The notes under the pieces are model-generated. The model did no database searches. It had not been told where the DNA came from and saw only the letters and a list, made by a program, of their open reading frames with translations. DNA of 25,237 bases from a virus (taxonomy: Duplodnaviria > Caudoviricetes): the IMG/VR virus record IMGVR_UViG_3300042864_001413, positions 1 to 25,237 of that record. The stretch is one strand, 5' to 3'. Position numbers and translations under genes: made by a program. The first letter of the stretch is position 1, and each line of letters begins with the position of its first letter. This document shows positions 1 to 7,113 of this stretch, in pieces.

Positions 1-2253
1 ACGTATCAATGGGTTATGAGAAATAACTATAATATGTTCAAAATAATTTTTGATTTTCTTGAAGAATTCCCCTACCATTTCGAGGTTCTCGTCAGCTATT
101 TTTCCAAACACCTCATCCATAACCACAATGTTCGGTTTTGGTAATGAGGATATCTTAGTTAAAACACTACGAAGTGCCAATGACGAAATTGTTCGTTCAT
201 ATCCTGAACCAGCATTAAGGGGTTTTACCACTCGAGTCTCTGTATCAATCATAATAAACTCAACTTCGTTTTTATCATTCACATTTAACTCTAATATGAA
301 ATGACAACTATCGGTAAGTAATCGATATAATTCGTGATTCAATAATGGAATCATGTTTTTCATAATCACTTTAGATATTCCATTCTTACCGTAGATGGTT
401 AGATAAATTTTAAACACCGCAGATAACTCTTCTTCAGATTTAATTTTTTTAATTAACTCCTCATTAGTCCCTATCTTTTCTTTTAAGTTAGAAATGTTAT
501 TGGTGTGTTTTTCAATACTACTATTTGTTTGTCTGATGTCTCCGTTTGCGGTTTCAATTTTAGTTCTAAGTGCAATAACCTCGGCATCAATCTTTTGATT
601 CTGTTCTAATTTCTTTTTATTGTTCTCGTAGTTATCTAATCTTAATTGTTTTGTATCAATCTCAAGTTGTTTTTGTTCAACCTCCAATTCATATCTTTCT
701 TTACGAAGTTTGTTTCTTTCATATGTCTCAAACTCTGTTTTTAGTTTATCAAACGCTTCTGATTGTTCCCTTAACTTATCAAACTCAATTTGATTTAATT
801 CTAAGTCTTTAAGGATGTCTTCAATTTCTTTTTTAATCTTTTCAATTTCATCCGTATGGTCAACCTCGTCTAATGAACGATTACAAGTTGGACAAACTGT
901 ACCTTCTTCAAACTTTTTTATTAACTTTTCTTTTTCTCCCTTTTCGTATTTACCAGCAACATCTATTCCTTGTAGATTAGCCATCTCACCTCTTAATTCT
1001 TTGTGTTGGTCCTCATGGTAATATTGTGATGGTTCGGTTACTAAAATTGAGTTTGCATTTGTTTGACTGGCAGATTTTAATTTTTTAAGTTCATTAATTT
1101 CTCTTTCAAGTAAAACCGGATTAGTGTTAATTAACTCCTTATCAACATCATTATTTCTTGAGGATAATGCGTCGTCTCTCTTCTCTTCTAACTTTTTTAA
1201 TTCTTTTTTAAATTGTTCTAATGATTTACCTAACTTAACAATTTCACTTTCAGAATTAATAATACTTTCATTAAAATTTGTATTATCAGTTTCTAATTGA
1301 GTAATATTATATGTGTTAGATACTAATTTCTTACTCCAATCATTATAGATTTCCTTGGCAAATTCTTCTTTTTGTTTAAGACTTTCTAACCCTAAAAATT
1401 TAGTTAGAATTTGTCCTCTTGCTGTCGGTTTGGATTCTATTAACTCTTCAAGGTTGTAACCTGTTGTTAGAATTGTTGATAGAAAATCTTCTTCGGTACC
1501 AATTGCTGAAGCTATAAAAGCCTCTGTCTCTCTTCGTTGTTCACCTGAAAGATTTTCAATTGTACCGTCTTCTTTACGTTTATAGAATTCAAGTTTGTTG
1601 GTAACAGTATACTCACCAGACTTACCCATTTTACGTAATGTTTTACGTTCTATGACGTAATCATCACCATCAATGGTAATTTCCCCACGAACACTTACTT
1701 CGTTGTTCTCAGTGAATCTATTAAAGATTTCACCGTTGGTTTTGGTCTTAGTGGTTGTGTTAAAAAATAAAAACATTAGGAGATCGACAGATGATGTTGA
1801 CTTTCCGCCAAAGTTTTTTGGTGTTGACTCGATAACCGTAATACCGTCTAATGTGGTAAAATCAATTACGTTATTTTCACCAAATGACAGGAAGTTGGAG
1901 AACTCGACTTTCTTAACAAACCAACGATTGTATCGTACCTTGTTTTGATTTAACTTATCTATTTCTCCATTTACTCTATTATCTAATCTATCAACAAGTT
2001 CCCATTTAACATCAATAGCATTATCCTTAATGAAATCTTTCATTAAATTCTTTTGATATTGATTGTCAAGAATGTTATCTGTAACCTCTAAAGATTCGAG
2101 TCTTGTATTTTGAACATTAGTTAAGGTTTTAGTAATAATTTTTACATTTTTACTATTATACTTTTGTTCAAAATACGTTTTGACTCTTCTGATTTTTTCA
2201 GCCGTAAAATTCTCGGGGACATCCTGCCAAGTTACCTTTATAAATGGATTCAT
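1..2253 (-). CDS. sbcC: SbcC/Rad50-like (T4 gp46-like) ABC-ATPase recombination nuclease subunit, 3'-partial (runs off the left edge), with a ~110 aa N-terminal extension
   Basis: Not in the ORF track. Manual translation from ATG at 2253 gives MNPFIKVTWQD...WFVKKVEFSNFLSFGENN..., Walker A-like TPKNFGGKST, a long coiled coil, zinc hook CPTC (~882-893), signature-like GSGYE, Walker B IVVMDE and H-loop ISH near position 20. The N- and C-terminal motifs are in the same frame. Confidence 0.92.
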   Translation of the reverse strand, partial: MNPFIKVTWQDVPENFTAEKIRRVKTYFEQKYNSKNVKIITKTLTNVQNTRLESLEVTDNILDNQYQKNLMKDFIKDNAIDVKWELVDRLDNRVNGEIDKLNQNKVRYNRWFVKKVEFSNFLSFGENNVIDFTTLDGITVIESTPKNFGGKSTSSVDLLMFLFFNTTTKTKTNGEIFNRFTENNEVSVRGEITIDGDDYVIERKTLRKMGKSGEYTVTNKLEFYKRKEDGTIENLSGEQRRETEAFIASAIGTEEDFLSTILTTGYNLEELIESKPTARGQILTKFLGLESLKQKEEFAKEIYNDWSKKLVSNTYNITQLETDNTNFNESIINSESEIVKLGKSLEQFKKELKKLEEKRDDALSSRNNDVDKELINTNPVLLEREINELKKLKSASQTNANSILVTEPSQYYHEDQHKELRGEMANLQGIDVAGKYEKGEKEKLIKKFEEGTVCPTCNRSLDEVDHTDEIEKIKKEIEDILKDLELNQIEFDKLREQSEAFDKLKTEFETYERNKLRKERYELEVEQKQLEIDTKQLRLDNYENNKKKLEQNQKIDAEVIALRTKIETANGDIRQTNSSIEKHTNNISNLKEKIGTNEELIKKIKSEEELSAVFKIYLTIYGKNGISKVIMKNMIPLLNHELYRLLTDSCHFILELNVNDKNEVEFIMIDTETRVVKPLNAGSGYERTISSLALRSVLTKISSLPKPNIVVMDEVFGKIADENLEMVGEFFKKIKNYFEHIIVISHNPLIR

Positions 2254-2256
2254 TAA

Positions 2257-2850
2257 TTATTCTGTTGGTTTTATAACCCAATCGTTGTTTACTAAATCTC
2301 TTGTCTCAACATTCTCACGTTTAAAACACATAAATGGTTCAACTTTACCAGAGTTATTAGCGTATATCATTTTATCTTCAAATGAGTTTGAAAAAACAGT
2401 ATCGGGCCAAATGATAATCATTTGCGTTAATTGTTTGTTTGTTCTAATGAATACATTGTTTTTAAATGTTGGATTATGTTTTTTACCCCAAATAGGTTTT
2501 TTATTTCTATCTGGTTCCAAATTTATATTATAGTATTCTTTATACCATTTCTTTTTTCTACTCGGCATGTTAACATGTGGATAATTTAATTCCTTTGATT
2601 TATATGGATAATACTTATCTAACCAAAAATCATCATTCCACCCACCATGTTCTAATTCAACACCAAATGATCCGTCTTTTGACAATAAATCAACCCCGTA
2701 ATCGTCAGGGTTAATATATAAATCCCAATCAAGGATTTGTTTTAATATAATGACCATCTGTTCTTTCACATAGGTGTCATTATATGCCTCCAATTTTTTG
2801 GTTCCGTCTTCGTTTATTAATTTGTTGTCGTAGTTTTCAGATGTTCTCAT
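2257..2850 (-). CDS. Hypothetical protein, probable PD-(D/E)XK restriction-endonuclease-like fold
   Basis: 197 aa ORF tightly packed between neighbours; motif PDDYGVDL-x7-VELEH resembles a PD...(D/E)xK/E catalytic core. Confidence 0.55.
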   Translation of the reverse strand: MRTSENYDNKLINEDGTKKLEAYNDTYVKEQMVIILKQILDWDLYINPDDYGVDLLSKDGSFGVELEHGGWNDDFWLDKYYPYKSKELNYPHVNMPSRKKKWYKEYYNINLEPDRNKKPIWGKKHNPTFKNNVFIRTNKQLTQMIIIWPDTVFSNSFEDKMIYANNSGKVEPFMCFKRENVETRDLVNNDWVIKPTE

Positions 2851-2858
2851 CTGTTATA

Positions 2859-3170
2859 TTATTTAATTCTGCTCTCCTCGAAAAATTCGACGATTGCGTT
2901 TATGGCCCAAACGGCCCCTGCGGTAAACATACCGTCAAAAAATAAATTGGTAAACCAAAAGGTCTCAAAAAATCTTGTAGTAATGCTACCTAAAATTAGT
3001 GACATAAAAAATCCTACCCACGTACTAGTACATAAAGTACAACTAATTAAATCACCAAAAAATTTTGAATGTGCTTTTATCCATATACGTTGGTTTTCAA
3101 AAATTGCTCCCCAAACAAGTATACTTGTCATTCCATAAGCTGCTAATGCCCATAATAATAATATTCCCAT
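2859..3170 (-). CDS. Small membrane protein, DUF1360-like
   Basis: Three hydrophobic segments and motif GDLISCTLCTSTWVG, resembling the DUF1360 GELLxCxxCxxxW motif. Start placed at the internal ATG 3170 (track start is 3197). Confidence 0.6.
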   Translation of the reverse strand: MGILLLWALAAYGMTSILVWGAIFENQRIWIKAHSKFFGDLISCTLCTSTWVGFFMSLILGSITTRFFETFWFTNLFFDGMFTAGAVWAINAIVEFFEESRIK

Positions 3171-3217
3171 ATTTTTATGTTTTAGATAATATAACAAATT
3201 AATTTCTCAAAATGAAA

Positions 3218-3730
3218 TTATTCATCATATAAATTTGATAGGTCGCTATTTTTCATGTAGGTACCTTTATTTAATTTATTTAGAACATTGTTTAATTTAT
3301 CCAACTCTAACTGTAACTCTTCGTTCTTTTTTTTCAAATCATCAATTTGGTTTTTAAATTCGGTTTCTTTCTTAACATCAGAAACGATAGTTGTTACGGG
3401 TACTTCTTTGATTATCTCTTTAGTTGTGTTTTTACCTTTTACTTTAACCTCTTTAATAATCTCAACCGGCACTTCTTTTATTATTTCCCTTATAACTTCA
3501 ACAGGAACCTCCACTATCTTTTCAATAATTTTTTCAACAATAACTTCTTTTGTTACCTCCACAATTTTTTCCGTAACATTAGAATTGGGTGTCTCACCAT
3601 ATTTTAATATTGCGAATCCTCTATTAAATGTTTCATTGGCAAGTTTTTCGATATTGTCTATGTTATTTAACTGACAATACTGTATAAACTCATTATCCAG
3701 CGTTAACGAGTTCTTCTTTACCATCTTCAA
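3218..3730 (-). CDS. Hypothetical protein with EKIVEVP/KEVPV low-complexity repeats and a C-terminal coiled coil
   Basis: 170 aa ORF containing EKIIEKIVEVPVEVIREIIKEVPVEIIKEV and heptad-like IDDLKKKNEELQLELDKLNNVL. The 5' end overlaps sbcD by 32-38 nt, depending on the start used. Confidence 0.8.
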   Translation of the reverse strand: MKMVKKNSLTLDNEFIQYCQLNNIDNIEKLANETFNRGFAILKYGETPNSNVTEKIVEVTKEVIVEKIIEKIVEVPVEVIREIIKEVPVEIIKEVKVKGKNTTKEIIKEVPVTTIVSDVKKETEFKNQIDDLKKKNEELQLELDKLNNVLNKLNKGTYMKNSDLSNLYDE

Positions 3731-4517
3731 TATCTTTAATGTCTGTTATGTTAAAATGTAAAAACGGTTGTTCATTTTGCAAATCGTGAAATGTATATTC
3801 ATCGGTTTCCACATCATAAATTCCATATCCATGATGATTAACTGTCTCACCAAAATTCTGTTGTATCAAACTACCAATCATAACCGCCTTTCCTCCACTA
3901 GGTAATGTGAATGTTTGTCTTTTATGAATATCACCACACAATAATAAATCCAAATCAACAAAGTTTAAACGGTCATACGCATCTTCAAATTCAAAACCTA
4001 AGTCCGTTGATAAACCCATAATCGGTCCGTGAAATAAACCAACCGTCAATAACCCTTCTTGTTTTGTGAATTCAGGTCTTGCATTGTGTTGGTATAATGA
4101 ATAAACAACCCATTGAATATTACCATCTGTATCAACATAGTCACCACTATCTTTTAGGTATGTGATGTGTGGATTATTTAATAATTCAACGACAGGTGTA
4201 ATACTATCCATACGTTGTGTGTTATTCTCCAAGAAATCGTGATTACCAGGTATGATTACAACCTTACCATAATTTGTTAATTCTCTTAAGAACCAACTTG
4301 TTAAAAGTAATTGTTCATTTGAGATATTAATTTTTTGATGTGCGACGTCACCCGCAATAACAATTCTAATTTCGTCGTGCGATATATTTTCATCTTTCCA
4401 TTCTAAAACATTTACACTAATTTCTTCTAATAATTTTTCAAATTGATTCTTATATAATTCGTGCATTTGAATTGTACGAATGTGTAAGTCCGCAATATGT
4501 ATAATTTTTTTTACCAT
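3693..4517 (-). CDS. sbcD: SbcD/Mre11-like metallophosphoesterase nuclease (T4 gp47-like), short form
   Basis: All five calcineurin-like motifs are present: ADLH, AGDV, PGNHD, LFHG, GDIH, followed by GSLIQQNFGE. Lies upstream of sbcC. Confidence 0.9.
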   Translation of the reverse strand: MVKKIIHIADLHIRTIQMHELYKNQFEKLLEEISVNVLEWKDENISHDEIRIVIAGDVAHQKINISNEQLLLTSWFLRELTNYGKVVIIPGNHDFLENNTQRMDSITPVVELLNNPHITYLKDSGDYVDTDGNIQWVVYSLYQHNARPEFTKQEGLLTVGLFHGPIMGLSTDLGFEFEDAYDRLNFVDLDLLLCGDIHKRQTFTLPSGGKAVMIGSLIQQNFGETVNHHGYGIYDVETDEYTFHDLQNEQPFLHFNITDIKDIEDGKEELVNAG

Positions 4518-5371
4518 CTTTTAATATATTTTGATAAGTCCATTGTTAAAATTGCGTTGTTAATTTGATGTGGGACTTTGTATTCAACAAATGTACTATC
4601 ATCTTTTAACAATACCACAACGTTACCTAATAATTTAGTTTCGTTGTATTTTGTGCCTTCTAACATCTTACGTAGTAATCTACCATATAATGGAAGTTGT
4701 AAAAAATAATGACCTAATGCGTTATCGTGATAGTTGTTAAATGGTGGATATAATCTACCGGTATAATGATGTACTTCAAAGTTTTTTGGTTGGTTTGTTT
4801 TCCAATCTGTAATAACAAAACCAAATCCATCTTTCTCTTTGTTTTGCATCAACCATACCTTATCTGGTTGTCCTGTGTATTGTTCTTCAGGATCACCAAG
4901 TACAATTTCGGTATCTAATAAAACACCACCTCGTTCTAACATTAAATCAAGAAAATCTTTTCCCGCTTTAATCATATTATCACTCTTACGTTGTTGTTCT
5001 TCGTTAATTTCAAATATTGGTTGTCTTACTTCTTTGTAGTTGTTAAACCTACCAATCAAATCAGATTCCAATTCAAAGTGAACACGACTACCCATATTAG
5101 TTGATAAATCACCAGCAAGTTTCCATTCCGCAAGCAATTGTGCTTGCCCTTCAGGGTCACCTTTAGACATCTTCAATGCCATACCCTCAGCGTCAAATGG
5201 TTTGTGAAATTTCTTTATGATTTTAGAAACGGACGGAAAATTTCTTTTAACTTGTCCATCCAAATCTTTCATGTAATATATGTGTTCTTCTTCGATAAAG
5301 GTTAACTCTAATTGTTTCCTTCTCTCTTCCAATAACTCTTTAATCTCTAACGAGATATCGTTTAAATTCAT
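4511..5371 (-). CDS. PD-(D/E)XK superfamily (RecB/lambda-exo-like) nuclease
   Basis: Motifs PSVSKII, GSRVHFELE, GQPD, ITDWKTN, and QLPLY (QxxxY). Confidence 0.85.
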   Translation of the reverse strand: MNLNDISLEIKELLEERRKQLELTFIEEEHIYYMKDLDGQVKRNFPSVSKIIKKFHKPFDAEGMALKMSKGDPEGQAQLLAEWKLAGDLSTNMGSRVHFELESDLIGRFNNYKEVRQPIFEINEEQQRKSDNMIKAGKDFLDLMLERGGVLLDTEIVLGDPEEQYTGQPDKVWLMQNKEKDGFGFVITDWKTNQPKNFEVHHYTGRLYPPFNNYHDNALGHYFLQLPLYGRLLRKMLEGTKYNETKLLGNVVVLLKDDSTFVEYKVPHQINNAILTMDLSKYIKRW

Positions 5372-5372
5372 A

Positions 5373-6314
5373 TTAATCTATTTGTTTTATTTTATACTCA
5401 CTTAAATCCCCCTTCAAATCGGCAATATCTTTATCACCTTCTAATTTAACAATCCAAACCTTACCCATTAACTTACCACAATTGATTCTGTGATATAATC
5501 GTTCGGCATCATCCCAAGCATCTGGGTCTAATACTATTACAATTTTCTTTGCATTTTCATAAAGTTTTTTGAACAGGTGTTCACTCATAAACTTACCCAA
5601 CATAGGTATTGCATTTGGTATGAATATACTATCGAAAGCCCCTTCAACAATATAAATCGTTTCATCCCAATTAATAAGGTGTTCATTGAATATAATAATT
5701 TCTTTTTGAGCTTCAGGGTTTTTATATTTTAATTTTGTTTTAGATAAATAAGAACGAGCAACGAAATAATTTAATCTTTTTTCTTCATCATATGAAGGGA
5801 TAATAATTCTGTTTTCGTATAATCCATTATAACAAAAACCAATGTTATATATTTGTAACATTAAGTCTGTTATATTTCTTTTCTTTATATATGCAAGTGC
5901 TTGTTTATATTGTGGAGTTAATTTTAATCCCATACTAGCATCTTTAAATGGGATAAATTCTTTTGGTAATCTTACTTGTTTATAAACTCTCTTTGTCGAA
6001 TCTTCGGTATCATCCGGTCTAAGTAATTCGTATTTTTTAAGTTGTTTTGGTGTTCCGTATTTTTTTATTAATTTATATATTGAGCCGTGTGTCTCATGTG
6101 TCTCAGCACACACCCAACATTTATAAACACCGTATCTGTAATTGACTTCTAAATTTCCCTTCCCGTCTCCCTTTTCTAAGTTTTTAATGTCGTATGAACA
6201 CACAGGACAATCGAATGACACCTGACATCGGTAGTCATTATGATTTTTATAATCCCCAAAAATGTCTTCTAAAATTTCAAAGACTGGTGTGTAGTCTATT
6301 TCTTGAGTATCCAT
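5373..6314 (-). CDS. DnaG-type DNA primase (zinc finger + TOPRIM)
   Basis: CPVC...CWVC zinc finger, RIIIP, KYKNP, TOPRIM IVEGAFD and LDPDA, terminal KDIAD. Start moved to ATG 6314 (MDTQEID) because the longer track start runs through a terminator hairpin. Confidence 0.9.
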   Translation of the reverse strand: MDTQEIDYTPVFEILEDIFGDYKNHNDYRCQVSFDCPVCSYDIKNLEKGDGKGNLEVNYRYGVYKCWVCAETHETHGSIYKLIKKYGTPKQLKKYELLRPDDTEDSTKRVYKQVRLPKEFIPFKDASMGLKLTPQYKQALAYIKKRNITDLMLQIYNIGFCYNGLYENRIIIPSYDEEKRLNYFVARSYLSKTKLKYKNPEAQKEIIIFNEHLINWDETIYIVEGAFDSIFIPNAIPMLGKFMSEHLFKKLYENAKKIVIVLDPDAWDDAERLYHRINCGKLMGKVWIVKLEGDKDIADLKGDLSEYKIKQID

Positions 6315-6343
6315 ATTACAGAATAATACGAAAAAAATGTGAT

Positions 6344-6379
6344 AAAAAAAAATGGGAGCCGAACACCACCTCGACTCCC
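6344..6379 (-). terminator. Intrinsic terminator
   Basis: Minus strand reads GGGAGUCGA-GGUGGUGU-UCGGCUCCC-A-U9: a 9 bp stem with one U-G pair, which pairs only on the minus strand. Confidence 0.8.
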
Positions 6380-6419
6380 GTACCAACTCAACTTGTATTT
6401 CTACAAGTCCCGTCCTGTA
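6344..6419 (-). ncRNA. Candidate ~75 nt structured small RNA or leader
   Basis: GC-rich intergenic island with hairpin ACUUGUA-GAAA-UACAAGU (6391-6408), then the terminator hairpin; a promoter-like sequence lies immediately upstream. Confidence 0.45.
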
Positions 6420-6420
6420 T

Positions 6421-6453
6421 TATAAGTATACATTAATTAATCCTTAATGTAAA
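6421..6453 (-). promoter_or_regulatory. Putative promoter
   Basis: Minus strand TTTACA-17 nt-TATACT, overlapping TACTTATA (a one-mismatch variant of the TATTTATA motif) and followed by TATAAT. Confidence 0.5.
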
Positions 6454-6456
6454 ATG

Positions 6457-7074
6457 TTAGTTGCCGGATTTTTCTAATTTAGTCATATTAACATAACCAA
6501 TCACACAACACGCAGCATCTGCCATGTCATAATTTTCCTTTCTAAGGTTACCGGTTTTACCATATAACCATTCAATGTCAGGACATACACTGTTAACATG
6601 TTCCCATATTACGTGTTTTTTATCTATGTCTTTTGGATATCCACCAAATAAAACATTACGTCCCTTGTCATTTGGTCCGACTAAGTCGGGGAAAGCAAAT
6701 TTTCTTGAGTTATAAGTTGAAATAAATGTTGGTAAAACACCTAGTACATCATAACAATTTTTAAGAATTAATGTATTATATCTTAATAAAGTCCCAATGG
6801 TGTAAATGTTATTTGATTGTAAAAGAGGTTCCTCAATTACTACTCTAACAATACCCATGTCTTTATAACCCTCTAAATGTTTCTTGAAAGCGTCTGCTTT
6901 TTTTATTAACTCCTCAATCTTATCTTCAGGTTGAGGTTTAATTTTTGGCGAAAAATGAGTCAACTCTAACAATTTAGAACCACTCATGTCGAATAATGCA
7001 AAACCTATTGTCTTGGTACTAATATCAAGACCAAGAATTTTTGGTTTGTTTTTAAAGTTTACATCTATACTCAT
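6457..7074 (-). CDS. RuvC-like Holliday junction resolvase
   Basis: RNase H fold motifs ILGLDISTKTIG, VVIEEP and DMADA. Confidence 0.85.
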   Translation of the reverse strand: MSIDVNFKNKPKILGLDISTKTIGFALFDMSGSKLLELTHFSPKIKPQPEDKIEELIKKADAFKKHLEGYKDMGIVRVVIEEPLLQSNNIYTIGTLLRYNTLILKNCYDVLGVLPTFISTYNSRKFAFPDLVGPNDKGRNVLFGGYPKDIDKKHVIWEHVNSVCPDIEWLYGKTGNLRKENYDMADAACCVIGYVNMTKLEKSGN

Positions 7075-7081
7075 ATAATAA

Positions 7082-7110
7082 TATATAAATAATATTTCTA
7101 GTAATGTAAA
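7082..7110 (-). promoter_or_regulatory. Putative promoter with TATTTATA motif
   Basis: Minus strand TTTACA-17 nt-TATATA, containing TATTTATA (7084-7091). Begins TTTACATTA, like the element near 6453. Confidence 0.45.
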
Positions 7111-7113
7111 GTC

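Noticed and set aside
50-3674. Short plus-strand ORFs over the sbcC to sbcD region
   Set aside because: They are antisense to well-supported genes, with the F/S/L-rich composition typical of shadows.
4511-5371. Cas4 call for the PD-(D/E)XK nuclease
   Set aside because: The protein lacks the Fe-S cluster cysteines and there is no CRISPR context.
6315-6386. N-terminal extension of primase in the ORF track, and plus-strand ORF 6194-6436
   Set aside because: The extension runs through the terminator hairpin and U-tract; ATG 6314 gives a more natural start.
6344-6419. tRNA or known riboswitch (c-di-GMP-I, guanidine-II)
   Set aside because: There is no cloverleaf or T-loop, and the ACGG sequences are not in hairpin loops; retained only as an unclassified RNA candidate.
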